Source: Polyangiales bacterium (lineage in GTDB: Bacteria > Myxococcota_A > Polyangia > Polyangiales > Polyangiaceae). Taken from it: 64,000 nt of DNA. The notes under the pieces were generated by a model. The model did no database searches and had not been told where the DNA came from. It saw only the letters and a list, made by a program, of their open reading frames with translations. The DNA lies in assembly GCA_038231275.1 (NCBI GenBank), contig JBBRLQ010000006.1, positions 256,001-320,000 on the forward strand, in the 5' to 3' direction. Below, piece by piece: positions 18,904 to 28,616 of this stretch. The position numbers were made by a program, and so were the translations under genes. Every line of letters begins with the position of its first letter. Position 1 is the stretch's first letter.

Positions 18904-20174
18904 CCGCAGAGGCGCACGCCCGCAAAGTTCCTCGTTGGGTGATCCCTGTCGCGATCGTCCTCTCGACCCTTGCGGTCACGCGGATGCTCGTGCAGCAAAA
19001 GGCGCAGCGTCGCGCGCTCCGGGACGCTGCGCTGGTGTCGGCGAACGCGGGGACCGAACGCGAGCGGGACGCGCACGCGACGATCGCGCCGGACGGCCGC
19101 GTGGTGGTCGGGTGGACGGGCCTCCCGGCGGGCGCGACGGCGGGAGATCGCATCGGGCTTCGCGCGCTCGTGAAGGGATCGCACGCGTGGGGCGATCCGG
19201 CGTCGCTGCTCGCGCCCGAGCCGCTCCATGCCGGTCCGGTGCTCGCGTCGACCGACGACGGCGCGACCTGGCTCGCGTTCGCAGGAAAGCGCGTATACGC
19301 GACGCGCGCGCCGGCGGGCACGCTGGAGTTCGCGCCGCCCTTCGAAGCGGCGGGCACCGACGAGGGGATCGTCGCGGCAGCGCCGTGGCTCGCGGCGACC
19401 GGCAGCACCGCGTGGCTCGTCGCGCGCGAGGACCTGGGCGGAGACCGCGCGCGCGCCAGGCTCGTCGTGCGCGCGCTCCGTGACGGCGACGGAGGCTCTG
19501 CGCCTCGCGTGATCGTCTCCGAGGCGGACGGGCTCGCGGGCGCGCTGCCGACGATCTGCGTTGCTGGCCCTCACGTGTATATTGCATGGATTGATCCTTC
19601 ACGCGGCGTCGTGCTCTCCGCGGGCGACGCGACCGACGGCGGACCCCACTTCGCGCGTGAACGCGAGGTGGTCGTGTCTTCGCCGAACGAGGCTGTCGCG
19701 CTCGAGGCCCCGCAGTGCCTCGCGCACGAGGGCGAGGTGACGGTCCTCTACGGCCTCGCTGCGGCCGCGCTCGATCCCGGAAGCTCCACGCCCCTCGAGG
19801 CCGCGGTCCTCGCGCGGTCGGTCGACGGCGGTCGCACGTTCGGCGCGCGAACGCGCGTAGGTGAGCCGGGCCTCGCGCTCATGCATCCTGCCATGGCACG
19901 CGAGGCGTCCGGGACGATCGCGCTCGTCTACTACGCCGCGCGTACGGATCCCGACGCGTTCGCCGCGTTTCGGTGGCGCCGCGTGCCGGTCGTCGGGGGT
20001 CCGGCCGACGCCGCCCGCGACGCGCGCGCCCCGATGCGCCTCTCGCCGCGACGCTCCGATCCGAAGTGGGCCGGCGAGCACGTCGGCGCAGTCGCAGGCA
20101 GCGGCGTGCTCGGCGCGGCGTTCGTCGACAACCTCGAGGGCACGCGTGTGGCGTTCGTGGAGCTCGGCCCCTAA
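18900..20174 (+). CDS. Membrane-anchored BNR/Asp-box (sialidase-like) beta-propeller protein
   Basis: N-terminal TM; Asp-boxes STDDGATW and RSVDGGRTF. Confidence 0.65.
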   Translation: MTAEAHARKVPRWVIPVAIVLSTLAVTRMLVQQKAQRRALRDAALVSANAGTERERDAHATIAPDGRVVVGWTGLPAGATAGDRIGLRALVKGSHAWGDPASLLAPEPLHAGPVLASTDDGATWLAFAGKRVYATRAPAGTLEFAPPFEAAGTDEGIVAAAPWLAATGSTAWLVAREDLGGDRARARLVVRALRDGDGGSAPRVIVSEADGLAGALPTICVAGPHVYIAWIDPSRGVVLSAGDATDGGPHFAREREVVVSSPNEAVALEAPQCLAHEGEVTVLYGLAAAALDPGSSTPLEAAVLARSVDGGRTFGARTRVGEPGLALMHPAMAREASGTIALVYYAARTDPDAFAAFRWRRVPVVGGPADAARDARAPMRLSPRRSDPKWAGEHVGAVAGSGVLGAAFVDNLEGTRVAFVELGP

Positions 20175-20270
20175 GCTGCGCGCCGGCGCAGGATGTGCGT
20201 CGTCGCGCGGGCGCAGCGCCGAGAAATTGGCTGCGTGCGTGACGGCACGCCGCATGCTCTGAGGCAGGAC

Positions 20271-20678
20271 ATGAAGCCGATCCCCGCTGTCCGAAAGTAC
20301 ATGACGACCACTCCTCATACGATCGGGGCCGAGCAGGCCATGTCCCAGGCGCACAAGATGATGCGAAGCAGCCGCATCCGTCACCTGCCGGTGCTCCACG
20401 CGGGCAAGCTCGTCGGGATCGTCTCCGATGGAGATCTCCACCTCATCGAGACGCTGAAAGACGTGGACCCGGAGCAGGTCACCGTCGAGGACGCGATGAC
20501 GCAGGCCCCCTACACGGTCGGGCCCGACACGCCGCTGGACGACGTCGTCAAGACCATGGCCGAGCACAAGTACGGTTCGGCCGTCGTCGTCGACAACGAC
20601 AAGGTGGTCGGCATTTTCACGACCGTCGACGCGTGCCGCGCCTTCGCCGAGCTCCTCCACGGGCGCCTCGCGAAGTGA
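20271..20678 (+). CDS. Stand-alone CBS-pair protein
   Basis: VRKYMT..P, IRHLPV...KLVGIVS, VEDAMT, KVVGIFT..D. Confidence 0.9.
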   Translation: MKPIPAVRKYMTTTPHTIGAEQAMSQAHKMMRSSRIRHLPVLHAGKLVGIVSDGDLHLIETLKDVDPEQVTVEDAMTQAPYTVGPDTPLDDVVKTMAEHKYGSAVVVDNDKVVGIFTTVDACRAFAELLHGRLAK

Positions 20679-20745
20679 AGGGGCCCGCGCGCGACGGCCG
20701 CAACGTTTGACGCGAGGCGTCCGGGCACGCTACGGCAGTGCGCGC

Positions 20746-21342
20746 ATGGATCGCTTCGACCTGCCCGCGCTCGAGTCCTGCCTCGCGGGCTACGCGAGCG
20801 CGGAGGACTCGAGCGAGCCGGGCAAGCGCGCGGCGGTCGCGGCGATCTTGCGCGCCGGGAGCGAGGCGCACGGTGCGGAGATCCTGCTCATCCGCCGCGC
20901 CGAGCACCCGAGCGATCCGTGGTCGGGGCACATGGCGCTTCCCGGCGGTCGCCGTGACGACGGCGATCACGATCTCGAAGAGACCGCCGTGCGCGAGACG
21001 CGAGAGGAGGTCGGGATCGATCTCCTCGTGCACGGGCGCCGCCTCGCGCGCTTGCCTGATCATCCGGCGGTCGCGCGGGGCGTGCGTGTCGGGCTCGTCA
21101 TCGCGCCGTTCGTGTTCGCGCTGCGCCGCGACGTCACGCTCGCACCGAACGAGGAGATCGCCGAGGCTCTCTGGACGCCGCTCGCGCCGCTCGCCCGCGG
21201 CGAAGGGGGCGGCACCTTCAAGTACGAGCACGACGGCCAGCTCTACGATCTGCCCTACCTCGACGTCGGCGGGCGGCGCGTCTGGGGCCTCACGTACCAG
21301 ATGCTGCAGAAGCTCTTTCGCGTGCTCCGCGCCGGCGAGTAG
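20746..21342 (+). CDS. Nudix CoA pyrophosphatase (NudL-like)
   Basis: RAAV, WSGHMALPGG, Nudix box ETAVRETREEVG, VWGLT. Confidence 0.88.
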   Translation: MDRFDLPALESCLAGYASAEDSSEPGKRAAVAAILRAGSEAHGAEILLIRRAEHPSDPWSGHMALPGGRRDDGDHDLEETAVRETREEVGIDLLVHGRRLARLPDHPAVARGVRVGLVIAPFVFALRRDVTLAPNEEIAEALWTPLAPLARGEGGGTFKYEHDGQLYDLPYLDVGGRRVWGLTYQMLQKLFRVLRAGE

Positions 21343-21351
21343 CCTTCGAGC

Positions 21352-21933
21352 TCAGGCGATCCCGCGCGTCGCGACGAACGCCTGGGGGATGTTGCCGATC
21401 GCCTTTGCGTAGGCGCGCTGCCACAGCGTCGTGGTGTCCTTCCCGAACAGGATCGACGCGTCGGCCGCGCCAGGGAGCCACGCCCCGCGCGAGAGCTCGG
21501 CGGCGAGCTGGCCAGGGCCCCACCCCGCGTACCCGACGACGAGGCGAAACGTCGAAGGTCCGCGCCCTGCGATGAGCGCCCGCAGCGCCTCGACCGAGCC
21601 GGTCACGGAGATCTCGTTGCCGATCGCGATCGACCCCGGGAGCAACGCATCGCGATGCTCCCGGCGATAGACGATCCACACCGACGCCGGCGACACCGGG
21701 CCCCCACGGAGCGCCGGGTGGTTGAACGTGTCGGGCAGCGAATCGCCCGCGGAGACCAGGCTCGTCGCGCGCACGATCGTCGCGGCCTCGTCGACGAGCG
21801 GACCGTTCAGCGTCCAGCCGAGCGAGCCCTCGTCGTCATGGACGCCGAGGAGCACCACCGCCCCCTCGAAATTGGGATCGCCGAGCCGCGGGGCTGCGAG
21901 GAGGAAGCCGGGCTCGATCGCATGGATCGACAC
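21352..21933 (-). CDS. YqgE/AlgH family protein
   Basis: LLAAP.LGDPNF...VVLL, GGPV, GYAGWGPGQL..EL..GAW. Confidence 0.9.
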   Translation of the reverse strand: MSIHAIEPGFLLAAPRLGDPNFEGAVVLLGVHDDEGSLGWTLNGPLVDEAATIVRATSLVSAGDSLPDTFNHPALRGGPVSPASVWIVYRREHRDALLPGSIAIGNEISVTGSVEALRALIAGRGPSTFRLVVGYAGWGPGQLAAELSRGAWLPGAADASILFGKDTTTLWQRAYAKAIGNIPQAFVATRGIA

Positions 21934-21982
21934 AGACCAGATCGTACGGGGTACCGGAGCCCGTTGCACACGGAACGTGAGC

Positions 21983-22633
21983 TCATCCGCCGCGCGCGCC
22001 GTTTTTTCGAGAAAAAGACGAGGCGCGCGACGGGGAAGCGCCGTGGGTGCGTGTCGGATGGCTCAGCGACGCGCGTGACCCGCGAAGGCCGTCGAAGACG
22101 ATCGCGATGAGGCGCGCGCGGGAGTGTGCGTCGCGCTCGTGAGAACCGATGGCGGCGTGCACCGCGTGGACGAGAGAGAACACCTCGCCCACCTGGACGT
22201 CCGCCCGAACGGCGCCGGCGCGTTGCGCGCGCACGAGGAGCGCGCCGACGGCCCGGAGGCTCTCCACCTTGGCCTCCGTGCGGCGCGGGTCGAAGCCGGT
22301 CCCCGCGAGCGCCCTCATCAGATCCATTTTTACAGGCACGTCGTCGATGAGACGCGACAGGAAGGAGAAGAACGCCTTCCCTGGATCCTTCGCCCCTTCG
22401 AGCGCCCGCGCGTCGGCGGAGACCTGCTCCATCCGGCGAATGACGATCGCCATGAAGAGCGCTTCCTTCGTCGGGAAGTGGCGGTACAGCGTGCCGACAC
22501 CGAGCCCGGCGCGGCGGGCGATCTCGTCGATGGGGACGCCTAGGCCCTCGGAGGCGAACACCTCACCCGCGACGTCGAGGACGTGGTCGCGGTTGCGCAC
22601 GGCGTCGGCGCGGAGGGGCCTCTTCGCGATCAC
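21983..22633 (-). CDS. TetR/AcrR family regulator
   Basis: LRADAVRNR, IDEIARRAGLGVGTLYRHFPTKEAL. Start estimated. Confidence 0.9.
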   Translation of the reverse strand: MIAKRPLRADAVRNRDHVLDVAGEVFASEGLGVPIDEIARRAGLGVGTLYRHFPTKEALFMAIVIRRMEQVSADARALEGAKDPGKAFFSFLSRLIDDVPVKMDLMRALAGTGFDPRRTEAKVESLRAVGALLVRAQRAGAVRADVQVGEVFSLVHAVHAAIGSHERDAHSRARLIAIVFDGLRGSRASLSHPTRTHGASPSRASSFSRKNGARGG

Positions 22634-22665
22634 CGGCGAATCCGCAGGAGCGAGGCGGCCACGAG

Positions 22666-22687
22666 AAACGGAGTCATCGCTCCGATT
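22666..22687. promoter_or_regulatory. Candidate TetR operator
   Basis: AAACGGAG-N6-CTCCGATT inverted repeat (7 of 8 bases match) between the divergent TetR and SDR genes. Confidence 0.55.
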
Positions 22688-22821
22688 GTACGACAAGACG
22701 CGCGCCGTGGCGTAGGTCCGAAGAAATTTCACCGGCGGGCGCATGGGCCGCATCTTTTCGGGTCCGCCGGTCGTCGTCCGAGCGAACGGCCCGCGCGCCG
22801 TAGCTCAAGGAGACTGCGAAC

Positions 22822-23571
22822 ATGGAAAGCCTCGAAGGAAAACGAGTCCTCGTCACTGGCGGCAGCCGCGGCATCGGGCTCGGCATCGTGGAGGCGCTCG
22901 TGGAACGCAGAGCGCGCGTGACGGTCGTCGCCCGCGACGTTTCGCGACTGGACGAGCTGAAGCGGAGGCTCGATGTCGCCACCGTCGCGGCCGACGTGAC
23001 GGAGCGGTTGGTCGCTACGACGACGCTCCTCGCGGTGCGCCCCGACGTGCTGATCCTGAACGCCGGCACGTCTCCGCACATGGCATCGATCGACGAGATC
23101 TCGTGGGAGGAGTTCGGCAAGACCTGGAACCACGACGTGAAGTCCGCCCTCTTCTGGATCCAGGAGGCGCTGCGTCTTCCGCTGGCGCCCGGGAGCCGCG
23201 TCGTCCTCAGCTCGAGCGGCGCGGCGGTCGCCGGCTCACCGATGTCGGGCGGGCACGCAGGCGCCAAGCGCATGGTGTGGCTGATGGCGGGCTACGCGAA
23301 CGGCGTCGCCGCGGAGCGCAAGCTGGGCATCCGCTTTCAGACGATCATCCCGCAACAGATCCTCGGCGACACCGCGCACGGCCGGGCGGCCGCCGAGGCG
23401 TACGCGCGCAAGAAGGGCGTGACCGTCGAGGCGTTCCTCTCGAACTTCGGCAAGCCGCTGACGCCGCGCGACGTGGGCGAGCACGTCGTCACGATCCTCA
23501 CGGATCCTCGCCACGAGACCGGCCTAGCGTTCGGCCTGAAAGGCGAGGGCGGACTTCGCTCGCTCGACTAG
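22822..23571 (+). CDS. SDR family oxidoreductase
   Basis: TGGSRGIG, LNAG, SSGAA; HAGAK in place of the canonical YxxxK. Confidence 0.85.
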   Translation: MESLEGKRVLVTGGSRGIGLGIVEALVERRARVTVVARDVSRLDELKRRLDVATVAADVTERLVATTTLLAVRPDVLILNAGTSPHMASIDEISWEEFGKTWNHDVKSALFWIQEALRLPLAPGSRVVLSSSGAAVAGSPMSGGHAGAKRMVWLMAGYANGVAAERKLGIRFQTIIPQQILGDTAHGRAAAEAYARKKGVTVEAFLSNFGKPLTPRDVGEHVVTILTDPRHETGLAFGLKGEGGLRSLD

Positions 23572-23596
23572 GTCTCTAGCGCCCGCAGGAGAAACC

Positions 23597-24970
23597 CTAC
23601 AGCGCCTTGCCGGGGTTCAGGATGCCGTTCGGGTCGAACGCCGCCTTGATGCGCCGCATGAGCGCGTGCTCGGCCTCGCCGACCATCTCCGTCAAGTAGC
23701 CGCGCTTCAGGGAGCCGACGCCGTGCTCGCCGGTGATCGTGCCGCCGAGCTCCAGTGCGGCGCGGACGATCTCGTCGAACGCCGCGAAGGCGGTCATGCG
23801 CGACTGGAGATCGGCGCCCGAAAACACGATGGTCGGGTGGAGGTTGCCGTCGCCGGCGTGACCGAAGGTGCCGATGACGAGCTCGTGCCGCTCGGCGATG
23901 CGGGCGATGCGCTCGATCATCGTCGTGATCGCCGGCTTGGGTACGGCGACGTCGTCGAGCAGCGTCGTGCCGATGCGCTCGAGGGCAGGGAGGGCCATCC
24001 GGCGCGCGGCGAGGAGCTGCTTTCCCTCCGCGGGATCGTCGGTGCGCGCCGTGTCGCGCGCGTCGTTGGCGCGGCAGATCGACTCGCACTGCTCCATCAC
24101 CGCGGAGGCGTCCGGCGCATCGCTCTGGGCGATCACGAGCGCCGCGGCGGTGGTGTCGAGCCCCATCTTCGTCATCTCTTCGACGGCGGCCACCGTCGTG
24201 TGGTCCATCATCTCGAGGAGGGAGAGATCTGCGAGCGAGTCCATCGCCACGATTGCTTCGCCGGCCGACGCGAGCCGATCGAAGAATGCGATCAGCGTCG
24301 ACGCAGGGCGAGGCGCGCGGAGCAGACGCACCGTGGCCTCGACGATCACGCCCAGCGTCCCTTCGGAGCCCACGAGCAGCCGCGTCAGATCGAGGCCCGC
24401 CACGTTCTTCGTGGTGAGGGCGCCTGTACGGAGGAGGGAGCCGTCGGCCGTCACGACCTTCAGCGCGGCGACGTGGTCGCCGGTGACGCCGTACTTCAAG
24501 CAGCACGCGCCGCCGGCGTTGGTCGCGATGTTTCCGCCGATCGTCGAGATGTCGCGGCTCGCCGGATCGGGGGCGTAGAAGAGGCCGCGCGACGCGACCT
24601 CCGCGGCGAGGACGCCGTTCAAGACGCCGGGCTCGACGACGGCGGTGCGCGTCGTCGCGTCGATCTCGAGGATCTTGTCGAGCGCAGAGACCGAGAGGAG
24701 GATGCACCCGTCGACGGCGTTCGCGCCGCCCGCGAGGCCGGTGCCGGCGGCGCGCGTCACCACCGGGATGCGCCGCGCGTTCGCGAAGCGAAGGGTCCGC
24801 ACGACGTGCTCCACCGATCGCGCGCGCACGAGCGCGGTCGCGGCTCCGGCGGGGGCGAGCGGGGCCTGATCGCGCGAGTACGAAGCGACGATGTCGGGAT
24901 CGGTCTCGACGGCGACGCCGACCGCGCTCGCGAGCTCGCCCGTCCACCTGGCGACTGCGGCGGCGCTCAT
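23597..24970 (-). CDS. FAD-linked oxidase, GlcD / D-lactate dehydrogenase-like
   Basis: AGTGLAGGA, PDPAS, TIGGNIATNAGG, GSEGTLG, GHAGDGNLH, GEHGVG, DP.GILNPGK. Confidence 0.92.
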   Translation of the reverse strand: MSAAAVARWTGELASAVGVAVETDPDIVASYSRDQAPLAPAGAATALVRARSVEHVVRTLRFANARRIPVVTRAAGTGLAGGANAVDGCILLSVSALDKILEIDATTRTAVVEPGVLNGVLAAEVASRGLFYAPDPASRDISTIGGNIATNAGGACCLKYGVTGDHVAALKVVTADGSLLRTGALTTKNVAGLDLTRLLVGSEGTLGVIVEATVRLLRAPRPASTLIAFFDRLASAGEAIVAMDSLADLSLLEMMDHTTVAAVEEMTKMGLDTTAAALVIAQSDAPDASAVMEQCESICRANDARDTARTDDPAEGKQLLAARRMALPALERIGTTLLDDVAVPKPAITTMIERIARIAERHELVIGTFGHAGDGNLHPTIVFSGADLQSRMTAFAAFDEIVRAALELGGTITGEHGVGSLKRGYLTEMVGEAEHALMRRIKAAFDPNGILNPGKAL

Positions 24971-25713
24971 GACTCGGCCCCCTCCCCTTCGTAGAACGCC
25001 CGGATGTGGCCGGTGACGAGCTGCGACGCGCGCGCGCCGTGACCACCCTCGACGGCGACGAGGATCTCCTCGTGCTCCGCGGTTAGCTTCTTCATCGTGG
25101 CGCGTGGGTTCTCGACGCGGAGGAGCGCCTCGCCGAGGTGACCCGAGACGGCGCTGCGGAGGACGCCCATGACGAGCCCGAACGCGACGTTGCCGCTCGC
25201 GGCGGCGAGCGCGCCGTGAAACTGGAGATCGGCGGCGCGGAACGCCTCGATGTCGACGCGCGGGTGCTTCATGATCTCGATGGCCTTCCGCGCCTCCCCG
25301 AGCGCGAGAGAGTCGCCGCGCTCTGCGGCCTCGCGCAGCGCAGCCCCCTCGATCAGCACGCGGAGCGCGACGAGATCGGCGAGCGGCACCTGCCCGAGGC
25401 GAAGGACGTTCTCCATCGTGCTCGCGGCCATGCTCAGCGTTTGATCGGCGGAGACGCGCGGCCGCTGGGTGGACACCGTGTCCCCTCCCGAGAGGAGCCC
25501 CTGCGCCTGGAGAATTCGCAGGGCCTCGCGGATGGTCGAGCGACCGACGCCGAGATCGCGCGCCAGGTCCTTCTCGCTCGGCAGCTCGGTGCCGACCGAC
25601 ATCTGGCCGGACACGATGACCTCACGGAGCCGCCGCGCGACCGCGATGCTGAGCGGAGCGCGCTCGGCCGCGCTCAGCGTGAAAGGGGGCCGCGGCTTGA
25701 CGTCGGTCGCCAT
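24967..25713 (-). CDS. GntR/FadR family regulator (FCD domain)
   Basis: LPSEKDLARDLGVGRSTIREALRIL; D..FH..LA.ASGN; EH..I. Confidence 0.9.
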   Translation of the reverse strand: MATDVKPRPPFTLSAAERAPLSIAVARRLREVIVSGQMSVGTELPSEKDLARDLGVGRSTIREALRILQAQGLLSGGDTVSTQRPRVSADQTLSMAASTMENVLRLGQVPLADLVALRVLIEGAALREAAERGDSLALGEARKAIEIMKHPRVDIEAFRAADLQFHGALAAASGNVAFGLVMGVLRSAVSGHLGEALLRVENPRATMKKLTAEHEEILVAVEGGHGARASQLVTGHIRAFYEGEGAES

Positions 25714-25721
25714 GGATCTTA

Positions 25722-25758
25722 CATAGCAGCTTGACCGCTTGTCTGACAAGCTGCTATG
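25722..25758. promoter_or_regulatory. Candidate FadR-family operator within a larger inverted repeat
   Basis: Palindrome GCTTGTC-T-GACAAGC (25737-25751), plus outer arms CATAGCAGCTTG / CAAGCTGCTATG, between divergent genes. Confidence 0.7.
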
Positions 25759-25814
25759 GTCTTTTCACTTCGAATCGGGCGGCGCCGTCCCGTGCGCAGG
25801 AAGGAACGTGTCCC

Positions 25815-26420
25815 ATGAAGCTCGATCCCCAGAGCACCGCGCTCGTGCTCATCGAATTCCAGAACGAGTTCACCTCGGAGGGGGGCGTCCTCCACAAGGC
25901 GGTGGCTCCCGTGATGGAGGCGACGAACATGCTCGCCAACACGGTGAAGCTCGTCGACGCCGCGCGAAAGAAGGGCGTCACCATCATGCACGCGCCGATC
26001 ACCTTCAAACCCGGGTACGGCGAGCTGACGAAGCACCCCTACGGCATCCTCAAGGGCGTCGTCGACGGCAAGGCGTTCGTCAAGGACACGTGGGGCGCAC
26101 ACATCATCGACGCGCTCGCCCCCGCCGCGGGGGACATCGTGATCGAAGGCAAGCGCGGGCTCGACACGTTCGCGAGCACCAACATCGACTTCATCCTCCG
26201 CAGCAAGGGCATCAAGACGGTGGTGCTCAGCGGGTTTCTGACGAACTGCTGCGTCGAGTCGACCATGCGCACCGCGTACGAGCACGGGTTCGAGGTCATC
26301 ACGCTCACCGACTGCGTCGCGGCAACGTCGATGGAAGAGCACGCAAACGCGCTCAAATTCGATTTCCCGATGTTCTCGAAGCCGATGCCGTCGACGGAGC
26401 TCATCGACCACCTCGGCTGA
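25815..26420 (+). CDS. Isochorismatase-family cysteine hydrolase
   Basis: TALVLIEFQNEF, GKRGLDTF, GFLTNCCVESTMRTAYEHGF. Confidence 0.92.
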   Translation: MKLDPQSTALVLIEFQNEFTSEGGVLHKAVAPVMEATNMLANTVKLVDAARKKGVTIMHAPITFKPGYGELTKHPYGILKGVVDGKAFVKDTWGAHIIDALAPAAGDIVIEGKRGLDTFASTNIDFILRSKGIKTVVLSGFLTNCCVESTMRTAYEHGFEVITLTDCVAATSMEEHANALKFDFPMFSKPMPSTELIDHLG

Positions 26421-26459
26421 GGGAAGGGTCGCACCCCCTCGAACGTATGCTCCGGCGCG

Positions 26460-26849
26460 ATGTTCTACGCCGCTGCTGCCGTCCTCGCGCTTCTCGGGCT
26501 GTGGTTCTTCACCCGGCAATCGGAGCTCTTCTGCCTATCGGTGCGCGAGGGTCGCGTGCTCGTGGTCCGCGGGCGGGCGCCGGGCGGCTTCGTCGCAGAG
26601 GCGCGGGCGATCGTCGGGCGCTCTTCGACGATGCGGGGCACGATTCGCGCGGTGAAGTCGGACCGCGGGGGGCGGCTGACCGTCTCCGGCGGGATCGACG
26701 CGGCCACGGCGCAGCGCTTGCGAAACCTCTTCTCCCTCTACCCCGCGGCGCAGCTCCGGCATGCCCCGGTCATCGAGCGCCCGAGCCTCGGGCAGTTGCT
26801 CGGCGTCGCGTGGCTCGCGTGGCTCTTCGATCGCTCGACGCGCGGGTGA
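26460..26849 (+). CDS. DUF3634-like small membrane protein
   Basis: N-terminal TM, ELF..VREG...RG..P, AQRLRN. Confidence 0.6.
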   Translation: MFYAAAAVLALLGLWFFTRQSELFCLSVREGRVLVVRGRAPGGFVAEARAIVGRSSTMRGTIRAVKSDRGGRLTVSGGIDAATAQRLRNLFSLYPAAQLRHAPVIERPSLGQLLGVAWLAWLFDRSTRG

Positions 26850-26866
26850 GTCGCGGGTGAGAACGC

Positions 26867-27436
26867 TCAGCGCGACGCGGAGATCGTGACGCGCGTCCCC
26901 ACCGGCACCGCGTCGTAGATCGACTCGACGTCCTCGTTCACGAGGCCGATGCACCCGTCGGTCGGACCCCAAACGCCGGCCATTCCGGTCGCGCGTGCGA
27001 AGCGCGTCCACGCCCGCGCGGGCGAGGCGAGATCGGCCCGCACGCCGTGGATTCCGATGCCGCCGCCGAGGCGTGCTATCCCCTTCTCCTTCGCGCGGCG
27101 ACGATCGTCGGCGTTCGGATACGAGACGGCGAGGAAGCGATGGAACCTATCGCTCCTCGTCTTCGACGTGACGGTGTACGCCCCCTCCGGGGTGCGCTCG
27201 TCGCCCTCGCGCTCTTTGGGGCCGACCGGATCGGCACCGAACGTGGCGGGCACGACGCGCCGAACCGCGCCGCCGCAGACGAGCTCGAGCTCGCCCTCAC
27301 GCTTCCACACGCGGAGCTCGGGGGACGCGCACGTCCCCGCGCTCTCGGCGCGCGACGGCCACGCGAGCGCGGCGAGCGGCGTCGCGATGAGCAGCGTCGC
27401 GAGGGTCATGCGGCGGACGAGCGTGCGGCGAAGCAT
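26867..27436 (-). CDS. L,D-transpeptidase (YkuD) family protein
   Basis: GPKEREGDERTPEG.Y, SYPN..D, IGIHG, TDGCI, VPVGT.V. Confidence 0.9.
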   Translation of the reverse strand: MLRRTLVRRMTLATLLIATPLAALAWPSRAESAGTCASPELRVWKREGELELVCGGAVRRVVPATFGADPVGPKEREGDERTPEGAYTVTSKTRSDRFHRFLAVSYPNADDRRRAKEKGIARLGGGIGIHGVRADLASPARAWTRFARATGMAGVWGPTDGCIGLVNEDVESIYDAVPVGTRVTISASR

Positions 27437-27461
27437 CCCCCCTGATCAACGCGCGCGGAGG

Positions 27462-28616
27462 ATGAACCCTTCCCTGCGCCGGCGTTTGTTGGCACGCTCC
27501 GCGCTGGTGCACGCGCGCTCTCCTCTAGCCCTCGACGCCCTCGCGTCCGTCCTCCTCCCACTCGATCGCGCCCGCGCGCTCCCCGCGCAGGCGTACACCG
27601 ACGAGGAGGTCTTCGCGTTCGAGCGACGCGCGCTTTTGGGCGCGTCGTGGACGTGCGTGGGCCGCGAGCGCGACGTCGAGGCGCCGGGCGCGTGGCGGAG
27701 GGCCGAGATCGCAGGCGACGAGGTGGTCGTCCTCCGCGGCGACGATCTTGACTTACGTGCATTCTACAATGTTTGCAGGCACCGCGGCGCGCCGCTCGCC
27801 ACCGAGGCGGCGGGGCGATGCAGGCAGCTCGTTTGCCCGTACCACGGCTGGACGTACTCGAAGGCGGGCCACCTCCTGGACGCGCCGCACACGAACGAGG
27901 GCTTCGATCGCGCGTCGTTCGGCCTGATCTCACTCCGCCTCGCGACGTGGCAGGGGTTCGTCTTCGTCACCGCCGACGAGGCGGCGCCGTCGCTGGAGAC
28001 GGCCATGGGCGAGGTGCCGCCGTGGCTCGTCTCCACCGATCTGCGCCACTTACGCCGAGGAGGCGAGGCGCGTTGGGAGACCGCGGCGAACTGGAAGCTC
28101 CTCGTCGCGAACTTCCAGGAGTCGCACCATTTCACGCGCGTGCATCCTTCGCTCGAGCGTCTCACGCCGACCGCGCGCGCGACGTCGCATCTGGGTGAAG
28201 GACCGTGGCTCGGCGGCGTGATGGCGATCGAGAGAGACACGGTGTCGACCTCCGGCACGCTCCTGGGTCGGCCGCGCCTCGTCGCCGATACGACGCCCCG
28301 CGTGTACGACGCGCTCCTCTTCCCGACGTGGCTTACGAGCCTGCAGCCCGACTACTTCCTCGCGTACCGCCTGGAGCCGCGCGGCGCCGCGCGCACCGGC
28401 GTGGCGTTCGACGTCTTCTTCCATCCGCAGGCCAAAGACGCCGCCCTCGCGGACGTGCTCGGGTTCTGGGAGACGGTGAACGCCGAGGATCGCGCGATCT
28501 GCGAGGCGCAGCAGCGCGGGATCGCCTCGGCCGGCTTCGTGCCCGGCCCCTACACGCGCGCCGACGAAGGGGTTCACGCGTTCGAGCAGCGCGTCGCACG
28601 AAGGCACCTCGCGTGA
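27462..28616 (+). CDS. Rieske non-haem iron oxygenase alpha subunit (choline monooxygenase / GbcA-like)
   Basis: NVCRHRG...CPYHGW Rieske site; ANWK...NFQESHH...VH and EDRAICE..QRG mononuclear Fe site. Start may be slightly downstream. Confidence 0.9.
   Translation: MNPSLRRRLLARSALVHARSPLALDALASVLLPLDRARALPAQAYTDEEVFAFERRALLGASWTCVGRERDVEAPGAWRRAEIAGDEVVVLRGDDLDLRAFYNVCRHRGAPLATEAAGRCRQLVCPYHGWTYSKAGHLLDAPHTNEGFDRASFGLISLRLATWQGFVFVTADEAAPSLETAMGEVPPWLVSTDLRHLRRGGEARWETAANWKLLVANFQESHHFTRVHPSLERLTPTARATSHLGEGPWLGGVMAIERDTVSTSGTLLGRPRLVADTTPRVYDALLFPTWLTSLQPDYFLAYRLEPRGAARTGVAFDVFFHPQAKDAALADVLGFWETVNAEDRAICEAQQRGIASAGFVPGPYTRADEGVHAFEQRVARRHLA

Noticed and set aside
20243..20258. CGGCACGCCGCATGCT sigma-54-like element before the CBS gene
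   Set aside because: Spacing is right, but it would leave almost no leader and the -12 match is weak; not enough to call.
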